Positions 1 through 9,870 of a stretch of DNA of 64,000 nucleotides are shown here, in pieces; the first letter of the stretch is position 1, and the number at the start of each line of letters is the position of its first letter. Made by a program: the position numbers and the translations under genes. A model generated the notes under the pieces. That model was not told where the DNA came from. It worked only from the letters and a program-made list of their open reading frames with translations, and searched no databases. Source of the DNA: an uncultured Gemmatimonadales bacterium (GTDB lineage: Bacteria > Gemmatimonadota > Gemmatimonadetes > Longimicrobiales > Gaopeijiaceae); contig CAWGKG010000014.1 of NCBI GenBank assembly GCA_963823035.1, positions 636,122 through 700,121 on the forward strand, given 5' to 3'.

Positions 1-1046
1 CAGGCATGAGGCTCTGCTCGATCGCCCAGAGCAAGAGCTGCCGCTCACGTGGGCTGGCGTGCAGGTTCAGCCGCAGCGAGAAGCCCACGTTCAGGGGGAT
101 CTCGCGCCAGGCAACGCCGCGCGCCTCCAGGGCCACCTCGCCCATCATCGAGTGGCGCGCCTCGTCCCAGAGCTGACGCGCGTAGTCGACGTAGAACCCC
201 CATGGCCGGTCGCGGAGCTCGGTGATGAACGACGCCATCATCTCCGGCACGTCCATCTCGAGAAGTCGCTTGCACAGGAGCGCGAGGTTGCGCTCCTCGG
301 CGTCGAGGTTGTCCGCCGCGTAGAGCACGTGGGGTGGGAAGTTGAAGTTGTGGACGCCCCGGAACCTCGCATCGCGCCGCGGCCGGAAGTCCGGCGGAGG
401 GGCCGTCGGCGCCCTGGGCCCGGGCAGAGGCCCGCCACCCCACTCGGCGCCATCCACCCCGCCGGCCGCGCGCACGTAGGCCTGCACGTGCTCGGCGTAG
501 CCCGACGGCTCCACGGACGCGCGCGCCTCCCGGCCCCACGAGATCGCATCCTCGACCTCCGGGAGGTGGGCGCGGAGGATCCGGCGGGTGGGGTGGTCGA
601 CGAGGGGGTTCGATCCCTCGAGGTAGCGCCGGTACGCCTGCGCGAGCGCGGGGAGGAGCACGCCGTGGACGGCGTCCAGGAGCTCGAGCGTGTCCTCGGC
701 CGCGGCGGCCTCCGCCAGCGCCGCCTCGAGCGCCTCGTCCGGCGCCTCGTCCATGCGCGGCGCCGGGGCGCGCATCTCCGAGATCCGGGTGCGGAGGGCG
801 TCGGCGTGCTCGACGGCGAGCCACTGCTGCAGGGCCAGGCCGCCCTTCACCTCCCACTCGGGTGTGGTCGGGATACGGCTGACGAGGATCTCGAACACCC
901 GCTTCTCGGTCCAGTGGAGCCTGAGAAGGCGGCGAACGCTCTCCTCCACGGAGAAGCCGGGACGCGCGGCCGTTGCGTGAGAGCACACCCCGGCCAGGGA
1001 CGGAGCCTGTACAGTCGCGAGCGGGAGGCACCTGCGGAGTCGCCAC
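1..1046 (-). CDS. Ferritin-like (DUF455-like) di-iron protein; 3' end runs off the window, start uncertain
   Basis: Manual translation of a minus frame absent from the ORF track: LAGVCSHATAARPGFSVEESVRRLLRLHWTEKRVFE...QWLAVEHADALR...DYARQLWDEARHSMMGE...LLWAIEQSLMP. It is helical with an ExxH motif. No in-frame ATG; the GTG at 1046 is in another frame, so a frameshift near 1000 is possible. Confidence 0.6.
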
Positions 1047-1075
1047 GGTAGGGCCGTACGGGTTTCGCGGCCCGA

Positions 1076-2179
1076 TCAGCCCTGGGACTCGTAGAAGGCG
1101 GTGCCCGTGTACTCCTCGAGGCCACCCGCGTGGTGGATGCTCAGCGCCGGTAGTCCTCGCGCGTAGCCCATCGAAGCACAGCCGACCTCACCGGCCTTGT
1201 TGATCGCCACGAACTTCTCGCCGGGGACGTAGTCGTTTCCGATCGCGCGGTATCGACCGACGATCATCTCGATCGCGTCCTCGCACGCCTGCTGCGGCGT
1301 GCGTCCGTCACGCATGCGCATGACGATGAAGTAGGAGGCGCACGACTTGATGACGTCCTCGCCGCGCCCCGTGGCGCCCGCGGCGCCGACCGAATTGTCC
1401 ACGTACAGGCCGGCCCCGATGATCGGCGAATCGCCGATGCGCCCCGGGATCTTCCAGGACATGCCACTGGTCGTGGTGATGCCGGCGACGTCGCCGTTCC
1501 GATCCACCGACAGGACGTTCGTGGTTCCGTGCTCGTACTCGACGGGGCCCTGCATGAAGCGGTCGGAGCCGGTGCCGCTCCCCTTGCCGCGGAGGTGCTC
1601 CGGGGGACCCCAGTAGTCGTGGTCGTCGTGGGTCTCGCGCCAACGGAGCCAGATCTCGCGCGACTTCGGCGTCAGGAGATCCTCTTCTTCGAAGCCGAAC
1701 GACTTCGCGAACTCGGTGGCGGCCCTGCCCACGATCATGATGTGGTCCGTGCGCTCCATGACCAGGCGCGCCACCGAGGACGGCGTCTTGATGCCCTCGA
1801 TCCCCGCGACCGAGCCGGCGTTGTAGGTGCGTCCGTCCATGCACGAGGCGTCGAGCTGTACCACGCCGTCAGCGTTCGGGAGGCCCCCGTAGCCCACGCT
1901 CGCGTCCTCGGGGTCCACCTCGATGACGTTCGCGCCCTTCTCCACGGCGTCCATCGCCCGCCCGCCCGAGGAGAGGATCGGCCACGCCTGCCGCATGGCC
2001 TCCTTCCCCGTCTCGTTCGTGTGGCTGGTGATGACCATGGGGATGCCGGCCCTGCGCGACGCGCGGGGCGCGGCGGCGGCCAGCTCGGGGAACCGTCCCA
2101 GCGCGGCGGCCCCGGCTCCGAGCGTGACGGAGCTCCGGATGAAGTCGCGTCTGGCGAGTCGAGAATCGTGGTCGGGCAT
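1076..2179 (-). CDS. N(4)-(beta-N-acetylglucosaminyl)-L-asparaginase (Ntn hydrolase) with Tat signal
   Basis: ARRDFIR Tat motif; SVGYGGLPN, LDASCMDG, HGTT autoproteolysis site, GRIGDSPIIGAG, ATGRGE. Confidence 0.92.
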   Translation of the reverse strand: MPDHDSRLARRDFIRSSVTLGAGAAALGRFPELAAAAPRASRRAGIPMVITSHTNETGKEAMRQAWPILSSGGRAMDAVEKGANVIEVDPEDASVGYGGLPNADGVVQLDASCMDGRTYNAGSVAGIEGIKTPSSVARLVMERTDHIMIVGRAATEFAKSFGFEEEDLLTPKSREIWLRWRETHDDHDYWGPPEHLRGKGSGTGSDRFMQGPVEYEHGTTNVLSVDRNGDVAGITTTSGMSWKIPGRIGDSPIIGAGLYVDNSVGAAGATGRGEDVIKSCASYFIVMRMRDGRTPQQACEDAIEMIVGRYRAIGNDYVPGEKFVAINKAGEVGCASMGYARGLPALSIHHAGGLEEYTGTAFYESQG

Positions 2180-2347
2180 CTACGGTTTTCCTCACCGGAG
2201 GGGTTGGGAGAGCATCGTATGCGGAGAGAGGCTGAGCGGCAATCCATGACCCGTCGACGACGCATTTGCCCGACGGGGATCCGCCGATCATTGTTCCTCC
2301 CCGACGGGAACCGCCTCCGTGGAAACGAACCGAGCAGGAAAGGAACC

Positions 2348-3901
2348 ATGAAGAAGCTCACCGCCGCGGCCCTGACCGCACTCCTCACGCTCACCCCCCT
2401 CGCGCTCGAGGCGCAGGGTCCCCCGCGCCAGCAGGGGGCCGGCCAGACCCCGGCGTCCGAGTCCGAGAACGACACCGTCCCCGAATTCTGGCGTAGCCAC
2501 CACACCGTCCGCGTGGGGGGGCAGGCCATCGAGTACGACGCGGTCGTGGGCAGCATCATCCTGCGTGACGACCAGCAGAAGCCGACTGGGAAGATGTACT
2601 ACACGGCCTACACGCGAAGTGGCGTCCAGGACATGGCGCACCGGCCGATCACCTTCTCCTACAACGGCGGCCCGGGCTCGTCGTCCTTCTGGCTGCACAT
2701 GGGCGTGATGGGGCCGCGGCGCGTCTCCGTCCCGGGTGTCGAGCACGCGAGCCCGGCGCCCTACACGGTGGTGGACAACGAGGCCACGCTCCTCGACAAG
2801 ACCGACATCGTGATGATCGATCCGATCGGTACGGGCTTCAGCCATCCGCTCGGCGACACGCCCGGCCGCGACTTCTGGGGCGTCGACGAGGACGCGCGCT
2901 CGATCTCGCAGTTCATCCAGCGCTTCCTCAGTCAGCACAACCGCTGGAACTCGCCCAAGTTCATCCTCGGCGAGAGCTACGGCACCACCCGCTCGGCGGT
3001 GCTGTCCAGCACCCTGCAGAACGCGAACATCGACCTGAACGGCGTCATCCTGGTGTCGGCCGTGCTGGATTTCCGCACGATCAGCTTCGGCCCGGGCGAC
3101 GACCTCCCCTTCATCACCAACCTGCCGTCCTACGCGGCGGTGGCGTGGTATCACGACGCGCTTCCGGGAACCAAGCCCGCCGCGCTCGAGCCCTTCCTGA
3201 AGGAAGTGGAGGCCTTCGCGGTCGGCGACTACGCCTCCGCGCTCCTGGCCGGCAGCGCGCTCGCCGAATCCACGCGCAACGGCGTCCTCGACCGCCTGCA
3301 CCAGTACACGGGCCTGAGCCGCGACTTTCTCGACCACGCCGATCTGCGCGTGTCGGCGCCCGAGTTCGAGAAGGAGCTGAAGCGCAGCGAGGGCCAGGTC
3401 CTCGGACGACTCGACGCTCGCTTCGAGGGCCCGTCCGGCGACCTGCTCGCGCAGTACCCTTCGCAGGATCCGCAGTCGAGCGCGATCAGCTCGGCGTACG
3501 CCGCCGCCTGGAACACCTACCTGCGCACCGAGCTGGGCTACGACGGCACGCGCGAGTACGTGCCGAGCGGCAACGTGCAGCCGTGGAACTGGACCCGGCG
3601 GGGCGGTGGCGGCTTCGGCTTCGGGGGAAGCTCGCCCAACGTCGCGGTGGACCTGGCGAGCGCGCTGGAGAACAACCCCAGGCTCGAGGTGCTGCTGGTG
3701 ACGGGCCTCTACGACCTCGCCACGCCGTACTTCGCCGCCGCCTGGACCATGGACCACCTGGGCGTGCCCGCCGACCTGCGCGACAACATCTCGCGCGTCG
3801 ATTTCGAGGCGGGGCACATGATGTACGTCCGCGAGGACGTGCTGCCGAAGTGGAGGGAGGAGATCGGCGGGTTCATCGATCGGGCGTCGGGAGGGATGTA
3901 G
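2348..3901 (+). CDS. Secreted peptidase S10 (serine carboxypeptidase-related)
   Basis: RBS GGAAAGGAACC before ATG 2348; signal peptide; NGGPGSSS, IDPIGTGFS, GESYG nucleophile, GLYDLATP, AGHMMY. Confidence 0.92.
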   Translation: MKKLTAAALTALLTLTPLALEAQGPPRQQGAGQTPASESENDTVPEFWRSHHTVRVGGQAIEYDAVVGSIILRDDQQKPTGKMYYTAYTRSGVQDMAHRPITFSYNGGPGSSSFWLHMGVMGPRRVSVPGVEHASPAPYTVVDNEATLLDKTDIVMIDPIGTGFSHPLGDTPGRDFWGVDEDARSISQFIQRFLSQHNRWNSPKFILGESYGTTRSAVLSSTLQNANIDLNGVILVSAVLDFRTISFGPGDDLPFITNLPSYAAVAWYHDALPGTKPAALEPFLKEVEAFAVGDYASALLAGSALAESTRNGVLDRLHQYTGLSRDFLDHADLRVSAPEFEKELKRSEGQVLGRLDARFEGPSGDLLAQYPSQDPQSSAISSAYAAAWNTYLRTELGYDGTREYVPSGNVQPWNWTRRGGGGFGFGGSSPNVAVDLASALENNPRLEVLLVTGLYDLATPYFAAAWTMDHLGVPADLRDNISRVDFEAGHMMYVREDVLPKWREEIGGFIDRASGGM

Positions 3902-5036
3902 TCTCGTCCCCCGCCGCCGGCTCGGGCATCTCCCGCACCCACAGGTCCCGCTGCGGGAAGGGGATTTCGATGCCGGCGGCGGCGAGCGCCTTGTAGATCG
4001 CCATGAAGAGCTGGTGGGAGACGAGCCCCCGCTCGGAGGGGTGGTTCACCCAGCAGAGCAGCTCGAAGTCGAGGCTGGAGTCACCGAAGCCGCGCATGCG
4101 CACGCGCGGCTCGGGGTCCCGGCACACGGCGTCGTTCGCGCGCGCCACCTCCTCGAGCAGCTCGACGACCGCGTCCACGTCCGAACCGTAGGCGACGCCC
4201 ACCTTGACGCGGATGCGGAACTTCACCCATCGACCGCCCGACTCGTTGATGATCTTCGTGCCGGCCATCACCGAGTTGGGGATGATGATCTCCACGTCGT
4301 CGCGGGTGAGCAGACGCGTGGAGCGGATCCCGACCCGCGTGACCTCGCCCCGCTCGCCCGAGTCGAGCACCACGTAGTCGGCCACCTGATAGGGGGCGTC
4401 CGCGATGATGAAGAAGCCCGCGAAGAGGTTGGCGAGCGAGTCGCGCGCCGCGAAGCCGACCGCGATGCCGACCACGCCCGCGGAGGCCAACCAGGCCGCG
4501 GGGTTGATGTTCCAGACCTGGAGGAGCGCGTAGCCCGCCACGCCGACCACCAGGATCGTCAGGCCCAGGTCGAAGAGGGGAACCGTGCGCTCCTCGACGA
4601 TGGCGAAGCGGTCGCGGATCCGACTCAGCCCTTCCAGCGCGATATGCACGGCGCGCAGCCCCGCGCGCATGAGCTGGAGGACGAGGAAGCTCACGAGGAT
4701 CCGCACCACGATGCGCGTCGATGCCTCGCCGAACGGGAGCGCCTCGATCGCCGCGACCACGGCGAGGTAGCCGATGACGAGCGCCACCACGCCCGCCGCC
4801 AGGCGGAAGAGCTGGTCGTCCAGCTCGGTCCTCGTGTGGCTCGTGATCTTCCCGCCCGCGAAGAGGATCACGGAGCGCGCCGCGACGGCCAGCAGAATCC
4901 CCGCCGCGACGATGACCGCCGCGAGGACGAGGGGGTGCGTGGCGAGGTGCGCGTAGGCGCCCGTCAGCCCGGCGGGCAGCCAGAAGGGCGGCGCGGCGAT
5001 CGAGTCCGCCTGCGCGAGCGCGATCAGGAGAGGCAT
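3873..5036 (-). CDS. mscS: Small-conductance mechanosensitive channel family protein
   Basis: N-terminal TM helices; GIAVGFAARDSLANLFAG, IGIRST-like, IPNS, GVAYGSD, FGDSSLDF, IEIPFPQ. Confidence 0.92.
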   Translation of the reverse strand: MPLLIALAQADSIAAPPFWLPAGLTGAYAHLATHPLVLAAVIVAAGILLAVAARSVILFAGGKITSHTRTELDDQLFRLAAGVVALVIGYLAVVAAIEALPFGEASTRIVVRILVSFLVLQLMRAGLRAVHIALEGLSRIRDRFAIVEERTVPLFDLGLTILVVGVAGYALLQVWNINPAAWLASAGVVGIAVGFAARDSLANLFAGFFIIADAPYQVADYVVLDSGERGEVTRVGIRSTRLLTRDDVEIIIPNSVMAGTKIINESGGRWVKFRIRVKVGVAYGSDVDAVVELLEEVARANDAVCRDPEPRVRMRGFGDSSLDFELLCWVNHPSERGLVSHQLFMAIYKALAAAGIEIPFPQRDLWVREMPEPAAGDETTSLPTPDR

Positions 5037-5055
5037 GGGAACCCGTGCGCGGGGG

Positions 5056-5430
5056 TCAGTCGCCTTCTCCCTCCGCTCCGGTGATCGTCAGGAGAAGCGC
5101 GGTCTCGTCGAGCGCGCGGATGTCCTGCGCGTGGCCCGGCCCGAAGAAGAGCACCTCCCCCTGTCCGATCTCGAAGTGCTCGTCGCCGATCCGGTAGCGC
5201 AGGCGCCCCCGCACCGGCTGCAGCGTCATCGGGCTTTCGGCCTGGTGGGTGCCGACCTCCACGCCCTTGGCCAGCACGACGAGCGTGAGTCGCATCGCGC
5301 CGGCCTTCACCAGGGTACGGCCCACCCGCCCCGTGCGCGCGTAGTTCTCGTCGTGACGGAGCTCCTCGATCTGACCGGCGACGTCGAACGTGAGGTTCGG
5401 GCCCGTGAGGGCTCGGGACATCGGCGACAT
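5056..5430 (-). CDS. Cupin domain protein
   Basis: RBS GGAGG before ATG 5430; VGTHQAESPMTLQPVRGRL...FGPGHAQDIRA cupin pattern. Confidence 0.8.
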   Translation of the reverse strand: MSPMSRALTGPNLTFDVAGQIEELRHDENYARTGRVGRTLVKAGAMRLTLVVLAKGVEVGTHQAESPMTLQPVRGRLRYRIGDEHFEIGQGEVLFFGPGHAQDIRALDETALLLTITGAEGEGD

Positions 5431-5527
5431 GAAGCTACCTCCGCGTGGCGGGACGACAACCCGGTAGGACCGGTAGGATAGGCCGCGCGCGCACGAAAGA
5501 TCCGGCCCGTGCGCCGCGGCCACCCGC

Positions 5528-8500
5528 CTACGACACCGTCTTCGTCGCTCCGGGATCCGTGATCGCCTCGAGCTTCCCCGCCATCCGTCGGTTGAACGCC
5601 GCCACGTCCTGGTCGAGCGCCTCCTGGAAGGCGTGCTCCGCGTCGTTCAGTCGGCCCTCGATCATGTCGAGCACCTCGAGCGACGCGTTGGTCGGCCGAT
5701 GGTCGGCGCCACCGGCCACGTCGCCCGCCCCGAGGCCCACCTCCCCCGACAGCCAGACGAGGTTGAGATAGACGCCGTAGGCCTCGACATACCACTTGTC
5801 GTCGCTGTGCATCTCGGTGCGGGAGAGGAGCCGGAGCTCCACGTCCAACAGCGTGTCGTCGAGGTCGGCGAGCGGCGCGGTGAGCGAACGATCGCCGTCG
5901 TGCACGCGCAGTCCATCTTCGATCTGCTTGCGCATCACCTCCAGTCGGTTCACCAGGTCGACGGTGCGGTCAAGGTCGTCGCGGATGCGGACCTGCGTGG
6001 CCGTCGAAGCCACAAGGTCGGCCGTGGGCGCTTCCAGGTACGGATTCTTCACGACCTCGAAGGGCCGCTCCACCACCTGGTTGCCCAGGGTGAGGCGCGC
6101 CGTGTAGACGCCGGGTGCCGCGATGGGCCCGCGCGTCTGGGGGCCCTGGATGCCCCAGTGCACGATCGGACGGGTGTCGCGATCATCGAAGCGGGGCTCC
6201 TCCCAGATGTGCGGGTTGTCCGGTGGCGTGGTCCGTAGCGCGGGCTGGTCGGGCCCGTCGTAGAGCAGGTCCCACGCAGCCCGGTTGAGCCCCTCGACGG
6301 CCTGGAGCTCCTGCGTCCGGATCGGGGAGCCACCGGCGTCCACGATCTCCAACGTGGCCGATCCGGCCTTTCCGGCTGCGACCCGGTAGAGGAAGCTCGC
6401 GCGGCCGCCGCGGGCCTCGCGGAACACCGTCGGCGGCTCGTAGAGCTGCACGGCCGCGCCCGCGGCCACCTGGTCGCTCTGCTCGAGGCGCGTGATGTCC
6501 CGCAGGACGAACAGCCCCCGTCCGTACGTCGACACCACCACGTCGTGGTAGCGCGGCTCCACCACCACCCAGGTCACCGGCGCGGCCGGCAGCCCCGCCC
6601 TCAGGCGCGTCCAGTGCGCGCCGTCGTCCGTCGACATGTAGAAGCCCTTCCCCGTGCCCGCGAAGAGCATCCCCCTCCGGTTGGGGTTCTCCGTGACCGC
6701 CATCACGTAGTCGAGCGGCCCGCCGCGCGGCAGGTCGCCGTCGACGCGCGTCCACGTCTGTCCGTAGTCGGTGGTCTTGTAGATGAAGGGGTCGCGGTCG
6801 TCCATCATGTGGTAGTCCACCGCCACGTACGCGGTGGCCGGATCGAAGGTCGACGGCTGGATCTTCCGCACCGTCCCCCAGGCGGGCATGCCCTTCACGT
6901 TGGCGGTCACGTTCGTCCAGGCCCCGCCACCGTCCCTCGTGTACCAGATCTGCCCGTCGTTCGTACCGGCCCAGATGAGGCCGCGCGTGAGGGTGGAGGG
7001 CGCGATCGCGAACACCACCTCCCCGTAGAACTGGCCCAGGTTGTCGCCGATGATCCCGCCCGAGAAGGCGATCCGCGAAGGGTCCTGCGTGGACAGGTCG
7101 GGGCTGATCACGTCCCAGCTCTGGCCCCGGTCCGAGGTCTTGAACACGACCTGGCAGCCGTAGTAGACGGTCTCGTCGTCGAACGGGTCGATGGCGAGCG
7201 GCGGCGTCCAGTGACACCGGTACTTCGTGTCCGTGGGCGGCGAGTCGAGCGTGTGGATCCATGGGGACACCGAGCGGGCCACGCCGACCGCGTCGTCGAA
7301 GCGCGTCACGGTGTTGCCGTAGCAGGACGCCCAGATGATGTCGGGATCGCCGTGCAGCGGAAGCGTGAAGCCGGACTCGCAGCCGCCGAGCCCGCCTTGC
7401 CAGGGCGTGGACGGTCCGAAGCCGAACCGGCCCCGGCCGGCGCCCTCGGGGCGGTACGAGGGCACGTTGTCGACGCGGACCGGGCTGTCGCTCGGACCGC
7501 GCATCGTACCGTCGTCCTGGCGGTTGCTGTACACCCAGTAGGGCACGCGGTCGTCCACGGTCACGTGGTACATCTGGCCGATGGGGAGCGAGAAGCGGTT
7601 GAAGCTGTCCCCGTGGTCGAGCGTGAACGATGCGCCACCGTCGCCCGTCACCATCCAGCGATCCGGATCGCTCGGGTCCATCCAGATGTCGTGGCAGTCG
7701 CCGCACCCGCGATCCGTGATCGGGAACGTGCGGCCACCGTCCGTCGAGCGGTGGAAGGAGCTGTTCGCGACGAGCACCTCGTCCGCGTTGGCCGGGTTCA
7801 CCTCGATACGGATGTAGTAGCCGGCCCGCCCGATGAGCGTGCGGTCCCAGCTCGACACGCCCCAGCTCCGGCCTCCGTCGTCGGAGCGCCAGACGGAGCC
7901 CTGGTCGGCCGTCTGGATGAGCGCGTAGACGCGCCGCGAGTCCGAAGGCGCCACGGCCACGTCGATCTTCCCGACCGGCGCGTGCGGAAGCCCGGCGTCC
8001 TCGATGCGGTTCCAGTGGTCGCCGCCGTCACGGGTCACGTAGACGCCGCTCCCCTCTCCGCCGCTGAACATCGCCCACGTGTGCATCACGACCTCCCACG
8101 TGCCCGCGAACAGCACGTTGGGGTCGTTCGGATCCATGTCGAGCCCGGAGCAGCCCGTGTCCTCGTTCACGAAGAGCACGCGCTTCCAGGTGGTACCGCC
8201 GTCCGTCGTGCGGTACACGCCGCGCTCCTGCTGCGGCCCGGTGGTGCGGCCCAACGCGCATACGTACACCAGGTCGGGGTTGGTGGGATGGATCATGATC
8301 CGTCCGATCCTCCCCGTCTGCTCGAGCCCCATGTTCGTCCACGTCGCGCCGCCGTCCGTCGAGCGATAGACGCCGTTGCCCATGACGTCGGCGTCACGGA
8401 TCGCCCACGCCTCGCCGGTGCCCGCCCACACCACCTCGGGATTCGAGGGCGCCACGGCGAGCGCGCCGATGGCCTGCGCGTCCTGGTCGTCGAAGACCGG

Positions 8501-8776
8501 CTCGAAGGTCTGGCCCCCGTCCGTGGTCTTCCACACGCCACCGGACGCGGCGCCCGCGTAGAACGTCGCGCTGTCGCCCGGGATGCCGGCGATCGAGGCG
8601 AAGCGCCCCGCGCTCTGCGGCCCCAGGTACTCGAAGGAGAGGGGTGGTGCCGGCTGCGGTCGTGGGCCGGCGGGACCCCGGCCCGGGCCCTGCGCGTCGA
8701 GCGCGCCGGGGAGGGTCGTGAGGGCGAAGGAAGCGACGACGGCGGCGGCCCGCAGCGCACTCGGCTTTCCGCGCAT
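5528..8776 (-). CDS. Secreted VPS10/BNR-repeat beta-propeller (glycosyl hydrolase-like)
   Basis: Signal peptide; many S/T-x-D-G-G-x-T/S-W Asp-box repeats; RBS AGGGAGAG before ATG 8776. Confidence 0.88.
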   Translation of the reverse strand: MRGKPSALRAAAVVASFALTTLPGALDAQGPGRGPAGPRPQPAPPLSFEYLGPQSAGRFASIAGIPGDSATFYAGAASGGVWKTTDGGQTFEPVFDDQDAQAIGALAVAPSNPEVVWAGTGEAWAIRDADVMGNGVYRSTDGGATWTNMGLEQTGRIGRIMIHPTNPDLVYVCALGRTTGPQQERGVYRTTDGGTTWKRVLFVNEDTGCSGLDMDPNDPNVLFAGTWEVVMHTWAMFSGGEGSGVYVTRDGGDHWNRIEDAGLPHAPVGKIDVAVAPSDSRRVYALIQTADQGSVWRSDDGGRSWGVSSWDRTLIGRAGYYIRIEVNPANADEVLVANSSFHRSTDGGRTFPITDRGCGDCHDIWMDPSDPDRWMVTGDGGASFTLDHGDSFNRFSLPIGQMYHVTVDDRVPYWVYSNRQDDGTMRGPSDSPVRVDNVPSYRPEGAGRGRFGFGPSTPWQGGLGGCESGFTLPLHGDPDIIWASCYGNTVTRFDDAVGVARSVSPWIHTLDSPPTDTKYRCHWTPPLAIDPFDDETVYYGCQVVFKTSDRGQSWDVISPDLSTQDPSRIAFSGGIIGDNLGQFYGEVVFAIAPSTLTRGLIWAGTNDGQIWYTRDGGGAWTNVTANVKGMPAWGTVRKIQPSTFDPATAYVAVDYHMMDDRDPFIYKTTDYGQTWTRVDGDLPRGGPLDYVMAVTENPNRRGMLFAGTGKGFYMSTDDGAHWTRLRAGLPAAPVTWVVVEPRYHDVVVSTYGRGLFVLRDITRLEQSDQVAAGAAVQLYEPPTVFREARGGRASFLYRVAAGKAGSATLEIVDAGGSPIRTQELQAVEGLNRAAWDLLYDGPDQPALRTTPPDNPHIWEEPRFDDRDTRPIVHWGIQGPQTRGPIAAPGVYTARLTLGNQVVERPFEVVKNPYLEAPTADLVASTATQVRIRDDLDRTVDLVNRLEVMRKQIEDGLRVHDGDRSLTAPLADLDDTLLDVELRLLSRTEMHSDDKWYVEAYGVYLNLVWLSGEVGLGAGDVAGGADHRPTNASLEVLDMIEGRLNDAEHAFQEALDQDVAAFNRRMAGKLEAITDPGATKTVS

Positions 8777-8891
8777 GGAACTCTCCCTTGGGGTCCTGTG
8801 GACGACCATTTCCGGATGTCCGAGCCTCAGATATATCAGATTCTGGGCAGAGGTGCGAACGAGCGAAACCCCCGCGTCCGAGGGCGTCGCC

Positions 8892-9869
8892 TCAGATCGT
8901 CTTCATGCGCATCACCGGCGCAGCCCGCGCGCCTCGCAGCGGCGTGCCCGTCGACGCCGACACGGCATCGACGGCGGGGCCCCAGCGGGCCGTGAGGAAG
9001 AAGCGGCCGCGCGGGGTGAAGAGCGTCGTGCCGAGAAGCCCGCGCGCGAAGCTCGTCTCGCCCGAGGCGCCGAGGTCGATGTCGCCCGTCCAGTCCCGGG
9101 AGGGGCTCCCCGTCCATCCCGTCTCGGGGGACCACCGGATCGACGAAGCCGTGAAGCGCCGGAAGCCCCCCTCGGAGGTGACGGCCCATGCCGGGATCGG
9201 CCCGACCCGACCCTCCTCCACCGCCACGGTCGAGGGGCTGAACGTCCCCACGGCGCGATCGAAGACCACCGCCCACACGAAGCGCGAAACGCGCAGCAGC
9301 CAACGCGCCGCGAGCACCACGCCGACGAGCAGCGCCGCATTCACCGGCACGGCGAGCGCCGGGAGAAACACGGCGACGGCGACGAGCACGGCCGTGACCA
9401 CCAGCTTCACCAGCTGCAGCGCGGCGTCGATGAGCGGGATGGGCGACAGCCACGTGAGGAGGTCGAAGCCCATGCGCACGACCGTGACCGCCACCAGCCC
9501 CGAGAGCGCGGCCACGGCGAGCGCCGCCGTGCCGAGGACGGACGCCTCCTGGACCCCGACGGGGATCGGGGCGGCCGCCACGCCCTCGCCCAGGAACATC
9601 AGCGCGAAGGTGACGAATCCCACGAGCGACTCGCTGGTGCCGGCCATCTCGGCGAGCGGCTTCGTGAGCTTGAAGCTCCTTCCCCCTTTGAGGAGGACCG
9701 CGAGCACCAGCAGCCCCGCCCAGATCACCGGGTTGGCGAGCACGACGAGCGTGGCGGGGAGGGCGAAGCCGAGGAAGTACGCCGCGGCGCCGAAGAGCCC
9801 GAGCGCGAGAAAGGGGCTGATGCCCAGCGGGACCAACGCGGCCAACGGAGTGAGCGTCTCCGGCGTCAT
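8892..9869 (-). CDS. Multi-TM membrane protein (DUF4126-like N-terminus) with soluble C-terminal beta domain
   Basis: GISPFLALGLFG start and about 5-6 hydrophobic segments; begins 2 nt after the SPFH gene stop. Confidence 0.6.
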   Translation of the reverse strand: MTPETLTPLAALVPLGISPFLALGLFGAAAYFLGFALPATLVVLANPVIWAGLLVLAVLLKGGRSFKLTKPLAEMAGTSESLVGFVTFALMFLGEGVAAAPIPVGVQEASVLGTAALAVAALSGLVAVTVVRMGFDLLTWLSPIPLIDAALQLVKLVVTAVLVAVAVFLPALAVPVNAALLVGVVLAARWLLRVSRFVWAVVFDRAVGTFSPSTVAVEEGRVGPIPAWAVTSEGGFRRFTASSIRWSPETGWTGSPSRDWTGDIDLGASGETSFARGLLGTTLFTPRGRFFLTARWGPAVDAVSASTGTPLRGARAAPVMRMKTI

Positions 9870-9870
9870 G

